A stretch of 64,000 nt of DNA from Gekko japonicus (taxonomy: Eukaryota). The stretch's first letter is position 1. Every line of letters starts with the position of its first letter. A program made the position numbers and the translations under genes. Shown here in pieces: positions 49,794 to 61,691 of the stretch. The stretch spans positions 884,531 through 948,530 of the forward strand of contig NW_015177023.1 of the NCBI RefSeq assembly GCF_001447785.1, given 5' to 3'. The notes beneath the pieces are model-generated. The model saw nothing but the letters and a program-made list of their open reading frames with translations, had not been told where the DNA came from and did not search any database.

Positions 49794-51573
49794 TTATCGT
49801 ATGTACATTTAATTACAATCTCCATAAAACAATACAGAAAAAAATGGTCCTGCTTTTAAGCCTATATCAGTACAAATCATACTTGCTTATTATGCTTATT
49901 TTTTTGATCCCCCTAAGGGGAATTTATTGATTTTTTACAAACTACAAACGAAAATATGGGAAAGGGAACTACATCTAAGGAGAAAGAAAAAAGACCCACT
50001 AGTAACTAAAATGCCAAGAGTAGGAGATAAATATATCAGCTTATCTCAATGTTACTTTAAAAAGCTAATAAAACAATGAACATAGTCAGTTATGCTAGGT
50101 TAATTATCTTTTAACTATTCATTTAACTGCTTAAAGACACGCCCAGAGCATCCCAAAGTTATTTAAGAGTTTTCAGGCACAAATCAGAGTCCTTCAGCCA
50201 CTATTTATTCTTCTCTTTTCTAATCCTCAATATGTATGGACTTTTGGGGGCAGCCGCCCCGTTTTCAGAGGGTGAGTCCTCATCCGAAGACCCTGAGCCT
50301 AACTCGCCGTCAGATTTGCTTTCTTCTTCTTCCTTCTCTGGCAGTTTTCTATCCACGTACTGTTGAAGCCTAGCTTGTAGGCTCTTGAGCATGACCTTGC
50401 TAGCATGTGATATGAGTGCAATTGTGCGATAGTTTGAATAGAATAGAATAGACATCTCTTATGGGGGAAGGTAAGAACAGGATTGGATGATGTGATGGTC
50501 GTCTATTGCTGTTAACGATCGATGCTTAACAGTTGCAACATAACTGCCAGTTCCTCTGTGAGGATTTGATGCTGTGTACGTGCTTCTCCTGAGGCTGGTA
50601 GTACGCAGGGGGGGGAGCAATACCTGTGTGGGGGTGAAGGGAGCTTGCTATGGCGCTTATAAAGGAATGTCCACGTCCCTTTTGCAGAGCAAGGCTTCTC
50701 TTCGGTGAACTGCTGCTGGAGCTGAGTGAGCAGGATCAGGGAGGCTGGCTTGCCATCTTCCCGGGTCTGCAGTGTCTTTGGAAATGCAGGGATGATTGGC
50801 ATCGGGGAGTCCATGGGTCCATGACTGGTCTAACATGCTGCTTCGGTACAAGGTTTCCCTTGGCTGGGCACATGTCTTCCGTCCAGTAAGTTGGCATTGT
50901 CTCATGGGCACCGTGTAGTCCATTTCCCCTGGCATAGTTTTCACAGCCCAGCTATACAGTTTATATGCCATATAAAGCATCAGCAGGCTAACACCCTGCA
51001 AGTCCAGGGCAGGTCCTGTCGCCAGACATTATCATATGTACATTTAATTACAATCTCCATAAAACAATACAGAAAAAAATGGTCCTGCTTTTAAGCCTAT
51101 ATCAGTACAAATCATACTTGCTTATTATGCTTATTTTTTTGATCCCCCTAAGGGGAATTTATTGATTTTTTACAAACTACAAACGAAAATATGGGAAAGG
51201 GAACTACATCTAAGGAGAAAGAAAAAAGACCCACTAGTAACTAAAATGCCAAGAGTAGGAGATAAATATATCAGCTTATCTCAATGTTACTTTAAAAAGC
51301 TAATAAAACAATGAACATAGTCAGTTATGCTAGGTTAATTATCTTTTAACTATTCATTTAACTGCTTAAAGAAACGCCCAGAGCATCCCAAAGTTATTTA
51401 AGAGTTTTCAGGCACAAATCAGAGTCCTTCAGCCACTATTTATTCTTCTCTTTTCTAATCCTCAATATGTATGGACTTTTGGGGGCAGCCGCCCCGTTTT
51501 CAGAGGGTGAGTCCTCATCCGAAGACCCTGAGCCTAACTCGCCGTCAGATTTGCTTTCTTCTTCTTCCTTCTC
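49217..51573. repeat. 1.1-kb direct duplication (49217-50338 and 50451-51573) with a BovB patch at the junction
   Basis: Two about 98% identical copies with a period of about 1234 bp, visible as duplicated ORFs 49278/50512 and 49416/50650. Confidence 0.95.
50337..50438 (-). mobile_element. Internal BovB RT fragment
   Basis: SNYRTIALISHASKVMLKSLQARLQQYVDRKLPE, nearly identical to 62171-62272. Confidence 0.9.
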
Positions 51574-51780
51574 ATCCTCAGCTGGTTTCCTGAGCTGTGT
51601 TCGCAGAAAATCATGTGCCTTAAGAACAGAGTCAATCTTTTCTATTTTATCGTGAAGTTTGAAAATGACGCCTTCTGTGATTAACCATCTGTAACTGATG
51701 CCATTTGTTTGTAGAAAAAGGATTAGCTCTTTGTAATTCTTTCGCTTCTGTCCTATGTCAAATGGGATGTCATCTGCTAG
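51030..51780 (-). mobile_element. L1 LINE fragment: ORF1 C-terminus plus AT-rich inter-ORF region
   Basis: DIPFDIGQKRKNYKELILFLQTNGISYRWLITEGVIFKLHDKIEKIDSVLKAHDFL resembles the L1 ORF1 C-terminal domain. Acidic tail and stop at 51436-51438. Confidence 0.7.
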
Positions 51781-52147
51781 GAAACGAATAAAATCTGAAA
51801 ATAGAGATCTTTTGCGGCTAACAAAAGAAAATGTATTATTTAGACAGAAATCATTTATATAGTCACAATAGGACTAGCAGCATACCAGGTTAATGAGCTA
51901 AACTTTATAACATGGAAAATAAACTCCTCAAAAGTGTATCACTCCACACACACTGGAGCACACTGACTGAATAAAATTAGTCACATTTAAACAGGCTGCA
52001 AAAAAGGCCCCACTGCATCATCTGTGTGGATTTAGTGCACTAGAAGGATAGTCCTCATGAAATAACATATTTAACAGGGTAAGTGGTTTGTGCTGAACAA
52101 AGTTTGAGTCCATTGGCACATTTAAAACCAACAAAATTTTATACAAG

Positions 52148-52185
52148 GTATAAGCTTTCGTGTGTATGCACACTTCTTCAGATAC
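52148..52185 (-). ncRNA. Minimal type I hammerhead ribozyme motif (PLE-associated)
   Basis: GUAU-CUGAAGA-A-GUGUG(CAUA)CACAC-GAAA-GC-UU-AUAC: intact core, 4-bp stem I, 5-bp stem II and palindromic stem III (AAGCUU). Confidence 0.7.
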
Positions 52186-52249
52186 AGTGAAACCATTTCC
52201 TCAACCAATATATATAGGTAGAGGGTGGAGAGGTTAGTTGCCAGGAAGA

Positions 52250-52490
52250 TAGGGTTGGCAAGTGATTCTTCGCCGGGAGCGGGGGTGCACGCGCGTCACC
52301 CGGAAGTGACGCAGGCATGCTGGGGGCGGGGCCACGGCCATACAAGGGAAAACCCCCAGCGTGCCTGTGTCACTTCCAGGTGACACGCACGCCGGGGCGG
52401 AGTTCCCCCCGGGGCCCAATTCTGCAGCAGTGGAAATCGGGCCTCCGAAGCGGGGGTTTACTTGCCCCCCGCCCCCACTTGGCAGTCCTA
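52250..52490. mobile_element. hAT (Blackjack-like TIR) MITE inserted in the PLE pLTR
   Basis: TIRs tagggttggcaa / ttggcagtccta and TSD caggaaga / caggaagg. Same family as 41249-41540. Confidence 0.85.
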
Positions 52491-52559
52491 CAGGAAGGGC
52501 TTCTTAGAGTCAAGATACACAAGTAACTGGGAGATTACAGCTGAAGTTGGATTAAAGCA

Positions 52560-53550
52560 GGAAGGGTATTGTAAACAGATCAGCCAATATCATAATGCCC
52601 CTATATAAATCAATGGTGCAACCTCATCTGGAATACTATAAGCAATTCTGGTCACCACACCTTAAAAAAGATATTATAGCTTTGGAAAAAGTGCAGAAAA
52701 GGGCAACTCGAATGATAAAAGGGTTGGAACACTTTCCCTATGAGGAAAGGTTAAGGCACTTAGGGCTCTTTAGCTTGGAGAAACGACGACTGAGGGGTGA
52801 CATGATTGAGGTTTATAAGATTATGCATGGGAAAGAGCAGGTAGAGAAAGAGGTACTTTTCTCCCTTTCTCACAATACAAGAACCCGTGGGCACTCCATG
52901 AAATTGCTGAGCGGTCGGGTTAGAACGGATAAAAGGAAGTACTTCTTCACCCAAAGAGTGATTAACACATGGAACTCACTGCCACAGGAAGTGGTGGCAG
53001 CTACAAGCATGGACGGCTTCAAAAGGGAATTAGATAAGCATATGGAGCAGAGGTCCATCAGTGGCTATTAGCCACAAGGTATAGATAGGGACTCTGGGGC
53101 AAGTGATGCTCTGTCATCTTGGTGCTTGGGGGGGGGGGGTCNNNNNNNNNNNNNNNNNNNNNNNNNNNNNNNNNNNNNNNNNNNNNNNNNNNNNNNNNNN
53201 NNNNNNNNNNNNNNNNNNNNNNNNNNNNNNNNNNNNNNNNNNNNNNNNNNNNNNNNNNNNNNNNNNNNNNNNNNNNNNNNNNNNNNNNNNNNNNNNNNNN
53301 NNNNNNNNNNNNNNNNNNNNNNNNNNNNNNNNNNNNNNNNNNNNNNNNNNNNNNNNNNNNNNNNNNNNNNNNNNNNNNNNNNNNNNNNNNNCTCTTCTTC
53401 TTCTTCTCTTCTTCATTCGCTGGACATTTTCAAGTGGAGGCTGGACTACCATCTTTCGGGTATGTTGTAGGGCTATCTTTTGGCTATGCTCCTGCAGAGT
53501 GCAGGGGGTTGGACTAGATGACCTTCAAGGTCCAACTCTATGATTCGATG
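52560..53550 (+). mobile_element. 5'-truncated CR1 LINE (RT C-terminus plus 3' UTR, spans an N-gap)
   Basis: ORF 52595-53071 PLYKSMVQPHLEYYKQFWSP..LEKVQKRATRMIKGL..YEERLRHLGLFSLEKRRLRGDMIEVYK. 3' end gggttggactagatgacc. Confidence 0.92.
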
Positions 53551-56500
53551 AAAGTTCAATTCTGGGAATAAGCAAGAACTGAGAGACTTAGCATGTGTAG
53601 ATGCATACTCCTTCAGATACATTGAAACAGATTTCCTCAAACGTTACATATAGGTGGGGGGGTTAGTTGCCAGGAAGGGCTAATTAGAGTCAAGATGCAC
53701 AAGTAACTGAGCAATAAATATAGCTCAGACATGTGGTAAGACTTGTGAACAGGAACAAATTAACATAAAGGAATTAACAGATGTGAGAACTAAGTTTGAG
53801 TCCAGTGGCACTTTTAAGACCAACAAAGTTTAATTTCTAGGTATAAGTGAGAACTGAGTGACTTACCATGTGCAGTGAGATAAGAAGCCAATATTGCAGT
53901 TAAGCCCAGGGGGTTCCATTGTCCTGTGTGTTGTAATAACTTGTCATTCAGCAATCTCCTGTTCCAGACTGTTCCTGAAATACCTTTGCAATAGAACAGC
54001 TACTATGAGGTCCCCCACTGAGTGTCCTGTGAGGCTGAAGTGTTCTCCTACAGGTTTCTCAGTTTTGTGATTCTTCATGTCAGATTCGTGTCCATTTATC
54101 CTCTGACATAGTGTTTGACCTGTTTACCCTATGTAGAGAACTGAAGGGCACTGTTGGCATTGAATGGTATATAAGATGCGCAAGTGAATAAGCCTGAGAG
54201 GGTGTAGTTGATGTTGTTAGGTCCAGTGATTGTGTTGTCACATACAGCTCTCAACTCAACAGTTCAATGCATCATCAGTGACTTACAACCTCCACAGTTC
54301 TCTTTTACAAGTACTGGGGGGGGGACACGTTTTCTTGTGCAAAAACAGCCCCCAATTTCAAACAACTACTCACCCACAATAATTTATTGCCATTCACAGA
54401 TCTTACCAACTGCCTTAATCCAATCTCAGTTCTAATTGCCCAGTTAGTTATGCATCTTGACTCTAACTAGCCCTTCCTGGCAACTAACCCCTCTCCCCAT
54501 CTCTCTAGCTATATGTAATGGCTAAGGCCATCTTGTATCTGAAGAAGTGTGCTTGCACATAAAACTTTGTTGGTATAAAACTTTGTTGGAATAAAACTTT
54601 GTTGGTCTTGCCAACTACAACCCTCATTTCTCCCAACACCCTTTTATTTGCCTGCACATCAGGATCTTCACAGATGCCACATTTCCCCCCCCCCAGCACT
54701 TTAACCAAAAATAGTGTCTTAGCCCTACTTAAATGCCAAGCCCTTGCTCAGAGAGCCTTCTCTGTAGGGATGCAACAAGCTTTGTACCAAACCTGTTTGG
54801 CGGTTGAACATAACCATTTGTTACAATCAGACTGTGAGCTAATCAAGGATATTTTTGGCTTGCATCTGACAACGGACAAATAGGTTTGCAGCTGTCTTTT
54901 GGTCAGAAACTGACTTATAGCTGACTGGGGGAGCACCTGGGAGCTGGGTTCTGATCTCCCAGCATTTTCTTACATCCTACCTTTGCTCTGCTGGGACCCA
55001 GGAAAGCTCAGGGTGGGGGAAATCAGTAGCTGACTTATACCTGATGGAGGAGTGGGGTGTGTGTGTGCTTGATTCAATCCCTCCCCACTGAACATCACTA
55101 TACAGTGAAGTTTTGATTTCCAACTTTGTTTCCTGGACAAGTTGCAACCTAGCAGTTTTTCTAGATGGGAGAGTGAGCTTCTGATGCATCTCCCCAGGAA
55201 ACAATCACTATGTCTCTGAGGTTAGGAGATAAGAAGCAATGAGTTTTTCTTCTTACTTCCATAGGGGAGATAAGAAGCAGATAGTTTCTCCTTCAAGTGT
55301 GTGTTGGGGGTGGGGAGAAACAGTCATGCTCTGCTTCTGATCTCACCATTGCAAGAGATATAAGAAGTAGATCATTTCTTCTTCTTTCCCTCCAAGCTGG
55401 GAATCTGAAACTGACCCCCATCCGATCCCTCATCATCTGTGAATTAGCTGCTGATGGTTGCATCTAGCCTGTTCCTGCGACTAGCTGAAAACTGGTTGCA
55501 AACAGCCTGTCTATTAAATGAATGGTGAACCAGCTGCAAACCAAACTGGCAGAAATACAAGCACCCGTATTCTCTGTGGGCTACCATCTTTAGACCACAT
55601 AGAACAGGGACTTTTCAGAAATGCTTAGATTATGGAATTTCCTCCCCAAGAAAACTTGCCTTTATCTCTAATGGCATTTAAGTACCAGATCAAACTGTTT
55701 CCTTTACAATGGCTTCCAAGACTCCTAACTAGATTTAGAAGCTGTTTTTCTCTTCTAGCACTTTTACTGCCGTCTGTTTTACATCTGGTTACTTTTGCTG
55801 ATTTTTCTGCTTATCATAATATGAATTGGCTGCATTGTGGACTGTGCTGGAAGAAGTGTGGGATATAATTTTAATTTTAACAAAAAGCTTTTCTTGACCA
55901 AAACAAGCACCCCACTGACCAAACAGGACACTCCATAATCTATACTATGAATGTATTATGAGGGAGCTGTAATGTATGACATTCTTTATGCAAACATGAT
56001 CCTGCCTTATAGGGCCTTTCAGCCTGATGATTGGTTCATTCAATTTAAATAAATTGGAAAAACATTTCAATTATTTATATGCCTATGTTGAGAAATGGAC
56101 TAATTTATGGTTTTATATCTGTTACACATGCCAACACATGGACTGTGCACACATCTGTATACCATGGGCCGAAGGAAGCTGTTTGCATCACCTAATGTGA
56201 GAGCCTTCACATAGGGAACACTTGCCTGCATTTTATGTTAATGTAGCTTGCGCACATTCAGCTCAAGGCATTATGGGAAGAAGAAGCACGTTAGCCATTG
56301 TGAGCAGGGAAAACAACCAAGAAGGAGAAATTCCCCTATTGCTAAAGAGACGAGATGTCACGTAGGACACAGACTTGATCTGCATCTGAATTGCAGTTTC
56401 CTGTTCATGGTACCTTGTAGGCCTGGGAAAGCTAAGTTTCATCTGTACTTCAAAGAGGATAAAAGAAGCCGAGACTTCACACCTAGCCAGATGGTATTCC

Positions 56501-57050
56501 ATGAGATAGAGTGTAGTCTTTCAAATATTGGCCAACCCATGGAATGCTTGCCCCTCTTCCACATGCACCAATGAGGGAAGTCATGGGATGGACTTCTAAG
56601 TAGGTGGGATTGCAGTTTGGCAAGGTGCCACCCACCCGGAGTTTCAACTATAAAACGCAAAGACCATGCTTTAGGTCCTGGGCTAGCCACATTCTACCAC
56701 CAACGCAATGACCATGCTTCAGGCTAGCCACCTCTCCTCTCATCAACTCCTTTATACTTTGAATTCCTTTCTTGCTATGCAACAATCCTTTCTGTCTATT
56801 ATGGATCTCTTTGGACTGCAGCCAAAGAGACCGGCTGGTTCTGGAACAGTGTGATTTAGGTAAACTTCTAGACACTATTCTCTGTCCCTTTATTTTTCAT
56901 TGCAACAGACAAGACTTCTGGAAACAGGCAAGTATGAACCGATTTACCTACCTACCTCCTAAAAAACAACTATTTTCTATTTCTGTAACTATAAAGGAAA
57001 CTTGACTGTATGCAAATGAGAGACTGATTATTTTGTATGTGTGACTTTGA

Positions 57051-57130
57051 TAAGGTAAAGGTAAAGGTTCCCTTGCTCGAAAGCCAGTCGAATCCGACTC
57101 TAGGGTTGCAGTGCTCATCTCCGTTTCAAA
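57051..57130 (-). mobile_element. Sauria SINE 3' end (cut by gap)
   Basis: taaggtaaaggtaaaggttcccttgctcgaaagccagtcgaatccgactctaggg, same as 32657. Confidence 0.88.
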
Positions 57131-57613
57131 NNNNNNNNNNNNNNNNNNNNNNNNNNNNNNNNNNNNNNNNNNNNNNNNNNNNNNNNNNNNNNNNNNNNNN
57201 NNNNNNNNNNNNNNNNNNNNNNNNNNNNNNNNNNNNNNNNNNNNNNNNNNNNNNNNNNNNNNNNNNNNNNNNNNNNNNNNNNNNNNNNNNNNNNNNNNNN
57301 NNNNNNNNNNNNNNNNNNNNNNNNNNNNNNNNNNNNNNNNNNNNNNNNNNNNNNNNNNNNNNNNNNNNNNNNNNNNNNNNNNNNNNNNNNNNNNNNNNNN
57401 NNNNNNNNNNNNNNNNNNNNNNNNNNNNNNNNNNNNNNNNNNNNNNNNNNNNNNNNNNNNNNNNNNNNNNNNNNNNNNNNNNNNNNNNNNNNNNNNNNNN
57501 NNNNNNNNNNNNNNNNNNNNNNNNNNNNNNNNNNNNNNNNNNNNNNNNNNNNNNNNNNNNNNNNNNNNNNNNNNNNNNNNNNNNNNNNNNNNNNNNNNNN
57601 NNNNNNNNNNNNN
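57131..57613. other. Assembly gap (others at 17217-17257, 37105-37169, 53142-53391, 57905-58038)
   Basis: Runs of N. Confidence 1.
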
Positions 57614-59974
57614 GGATATAAAAGCGAAAAAGAAATTAATACCATTCTCAAAGCGGGGATCCTCCAGAAATGGCATGAAAGGAAGAGGATTTATAGTGCG
57701 TGAACTGAGAGTGTTAACAGCAACCCGAAGGACGACCGAACAAGCCGGAAGGAGAAGATAACAGAGGAAGCTCCTCCACGTCAGCGACAGTAAAAGTACC
57801 CAGCACGCAAAGAAGCGGTTCTGAATGCGCCCAGAAGAGACTTTTTTTTTATTAACAGAAATTCAAAGGAACATTACTAACATACTAACAGAGAATTACA
57901 TGTGNNNNNNNNNNNNNNNNNNNNNNNNNNNNNNNNNNNNNNNNNNNNNNNNNNNNNNNNNNNNNNNNNNNNNNNNNNNNNNNNNNNNNNNNNNNNNNNN
58001 NNNNNNNNNNNNNNNNNNNNNNNNNNNNNNNNNNNNNNGTTAAATTTAGTTAGCCTCTGCTGTAAATAAAGCAGTTGGCGTAACACCTATTAATGCAATT
58101 AATCATTCCACTACTTTAGTAGGTGGATTCATAGCACTGGTGTTGTATTAGCTACTTTAGGTCACTTAGCCTGCAGTGATTTCCATGTTACGCTACATGC
58201 TCCTGTTTTGCGAACCTGCAATTTTACATTTCTGTTCCTATAGAAACACTAGTTGCATATAATTTGGTCTGATTTAGCTATTTTCTTTAGATAAATGTTC
58301 TTTTGCAAACATCTCCATTTGTATTTCAACTTTTAGCTTTGCCACCTAAAATGGACACATGCCCAAACCAGAGGTCTGCCTCAATCCTACTGACTAAAGG
58401 CCTTTTGCACATATGTCATCAGCTCCAAAGTGCAGTGATTACAATGCACTAACTAATACACCATGACAAAACTTGGGTCGGGATACAGTTCCTTTATTTT
58501 CTTCAGCATTTGCAAATGTCTTATAAGAAATACAAAACAAATGGATTCATTTGCTTTTGCTTCCTTATGAATAGCCCAACACTCCATATTAACAGCTGAA
58601 TTAATCCAGGGATTTGTGAAACTCACTGCAGCAATTGTGCACTGGAAGTAGTTTTTCTGTCTGCCTACCAAGCTACAAATTTTTACAGAAAAATCTGCTG
58701 CCAGCTGCTTTCCATTCTTTACTTCACTGTTTATACCTGCTTTTTGTGTTCAAATACATTATGGCCAGAATCCAAACAATGGTTCACCTAGTTTCATGTG
58801 CCAAGAAAATTTGTGCTTCAAGAAGCAGTCCACTGCGATACCACAGCAAACTGCTTTGAAATGGTGGAGACCTTCCAAAGTACTTTTTTAAAGGCATAAT
58901 GGTCAGAGGGTCAAAAAAGCAGAAGCCCACTGGGCATGCCAAAGCCTTTAGGCATGATTAAAATAGTTATATGGATCCCTGCCAAAACTGCCTTTGCCGT
59001 TTTAAACAATCATCCAAGTGAACTGAGGAATAAAACCTTAATAACACCAAACTGGTCTTTGCACAGAAATGGTACTCCAGGGACATTCAATAGTATTACT
59101 GAAGGTGATCTGGCAGGAAAGGGAAAATATCCTGAGAATAAAGATAGCGTGTCTACAGAATACTTGCTGGCATGACTGACAATAGAAAACCATCTCTCCG
59201 ATCAAAGTGCAGCAGTTCCCATGAAAGCTATGGGGGTTTCACCAAGTACAGCCGCCATTTCAAGACACTGTTCCACTTAGATGGAATTGCAGGTTTATCG
59301 ATAGATTCCTTTTTTAAATTACTTTTGTCGACAATCCTAATTAAAACATGAAGTATTTTAATTTTATTGTGTTTAGGCATAGTTTTAATTAAGATTCACA
59401 CACTTCAGGCTCAGACTATTTGCACACTAGATGTAGCTTCAGAGCTATTATTCTACATAAGGTTTCAAAAAGTGCCAGCCTGATTAATTAATGCAGTTAA
59501 TGCAATGATTTGTGATCTACAGCTAGTGCACATAAACTTTCATTAAAGCCACCACTATGACACCACGATAGATCATTTCCTTCTGTGTCAAGCACAGCAT
59601 GAGGTAACTTTTCCATTAGAATACTCTGCAAGAATTCTCTTAAGTTTATGCCATTAGCATCCTGGGGAGAAATAGGCATCTTGGCTTCTCTTTTCCACAT
59701 ACAAATCCCCAAAGCCCTGCAGTCCTTAATCTTGTCACCTGGGGATCCACCTCACTTGACAAATTGACACAAACCTGTGAGAACTCTAGGGTTCCGTTAC
59801 TAAGTATCACCTATGCTCCTATGAAGGAGGAACAAACAGAAATATGGAGAAGGAAAATTTGGGCTCTTACTAAAAGATCACTGTCATAAAACCTTCAAGA
59901 TCAATCAAGACTATCATGATTTTCAAATATCTGAGGTTGGGAACACTAGCACATAATTCATATATTACTATTCC

Positions 59975-60239
59975 CAGGGGTCAATTCCTGCAGGAGCGCA
60001 CAGGAGCGGAGCTCTGGCAGTAAAGAGCCCAGGGGGCGGGCACATGCAACAAGCCCTGCCCCCTGCTCCCAGCAGCCAAGAGCCACAAGGAGCAAGAAGC
60101 AGGCAGGTAAGTTGCAGTGGGTGTTGCCTTCTGACACACTTCCGGTGATGTCAGGGAATGTGTGGCATATGCAAATAAGTTATACTAATGAGTTATGCTA
60201 ATGAGCTCCTGAACCTCTTTTTCTACGAAATGACCCCTG
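59975..60239. mobile_element. hAT MITE (265 bp)
   Basis: TIRs caggggtca / tgacccctg. Perfect 8-bp TSD ACTATTCC at 59967-59974 and 60240-60247. Confidence 0.9.
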
Positions 60240-60256
60240 ACTATTCCTAATATTCC

Positions 60257-60500
60257 CCCTGGAAGGCCAGATAATGAAACTGAAGCTCAAATACTTTGGC
60301 CACCAAATGAGAAGGGAGCACTCACCGGAGAAGACCCTGATGCTGGGAAAGATTGAAGGTCAAAGAAGACGGGGACGGCAAAGGATGCGATGGTTAGACA
60401 GTGTCATAGATGCAACGAACATGAAATTGAGGCCTGGCGGGAGCTGGTCCATGGGGTCGCGAAGAGTCGGACTCGACTGTGCGACTGAACAACAACAACA
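60257..60500 (+). mobile_element. BovB 3' fragment
   Basis: LKLKYFGHQMRREHSPEKTLMLGKIEGQRRRGRQRMRWLD, then ggggtcgcgaagagtcggactcgactg and a (CAA)n tail. Confidence 0.92.
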
Positions 60501-60540
60501 AGGGCTTGCTCCCCCCTGGCCAGCTGAGGGGGATGGCAGT

Positions 60541-60696
60541 TAGGGTTGCCAGATCGAGGTTGGGAAATTCCTAGAGACTTGAGGATGGAGCCTGGGGAGG
60601 ACAGGGACCACCTTCCAAAGAATTCATTTTTCTCCAGGAGAACTGATCTCTGTAGCCTAGAGATCCTCAGTTCCCAATTGGATGCTGGCAACACTA
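60541..60696. mobile_element. hAT-type MITE (tagggttgcca TIR)
   Basis: tagggttgccag ... ctggcaacacta. Confidence 0.6.
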
Positions 60697-61691
60697 ATTC
60701 CACATGATATAGTTTCTAAAGGGGAGACCAGCAACCAGATGGACACTTCTATGCTCCTAGAGGCACAAACTGGTTGGACTTAATCTACATGCCAACACTC
60801 ACAAAAGGATGTGTAAACTGCCTTAACTACTCAGTGAAGCAAGATATCATTATTCTTCTTACACATCTGAGAACCTGAGACTAAGTATTTTATTCTGCCA
60901 TTCTTTCATGCCCTTCTGTTTAGCCAGCTAAAAACTGATAAAAAACATGTAATTAGAAACACCACAATACTAAAATCCTATACAAAACAACTAAATTCAA
61001 AGGCCTTCTGGAAAAAAAAGCAAAATTTATGCTGAAAGGCCTGTGGAGATGGCACAGCTCAGGAGGGCAGAATTCCTTAAGTAAGCAACAGCAGGTGAAA
61101 AAGTCCTCTCCCTGGGCTCAGTCTCTGATAACAAGGGTTCCCACAGCAAGGCCTCACAGTTCAGGCAGATTGGTAAAGATGGAGACAAGAATCTCGGCCA
61201 AAGTCAGAAACTGAACCCAAGTGTAACTCTCATGCTGAAGTATTCAGCTACACAAACACCCTTGCTAAATTGCACTCTATATAGACAGACACTCTCTCCT
61301 GTGCTAGTGCTTAGAGCTATAAAAGTCAATTAAGAGAAATATGCTTTTGTTGACCTGTGAAGCATTACAACTATTAAAACGAAGTACAAACAATGGAGCA
61401 GAAGGCTTGCTGCCAAGGGAGTGTGCACAGGCCTGCAGCCCAAAGGTTCTTCTTTGTATACAATGCACTAACCTTGCATTACAAAAGTAACTACTAACAG
61501 CACAGACCTACATTAGTAGTTCTAAAATGGTTTCAGGTAAGGAATGTAAATGAAATCATCATGTAACTTTTAAGATCTTGCACTCCTTTTGAAGGTCACT
61601 TGGACATCTCATCTCATACATTACTGGTTTACTGTTACTGGAGATAACAATATCCCTAGTATTATGTGAGTGGAAACAAAAGAATAAAACC

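Larger units (their letters stand above)
52090..54610 (-). mobile_element. Penelope-like element (GIY-YIG remnant, tandem and inverted pLTRs) with nested MITE and CR1
   Basis: Minus strand about 53865-54242 reads DNTITGPNNINYTLSGLFTC..ILYTIQCQQCPSVLYIG*TGQTLCQRINGHESD..KPVGEHF..GLN. pLTR copies at 52090-52550 and 53590-53850 (-) and an inverted copy at 54430-54610 (+). Confidence 0.85.
56340..58085 (+). mobile_element. Probable LTR with a nested Sauria SINE, spans two N-gaps
   Basis: TG..CA ends with 5-bp TSD CCTAT (56335-56339 and 58086-58090). CCAAT near 56568, TATAAAA near 56649 and AATAAA at 58065. Confidence 0.5.

Noticed and set aside
56948-57761. Long ORFs of 178-242 aa (also 53103-53543)
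   Set aside because: They are open only because they run through N-gaps.
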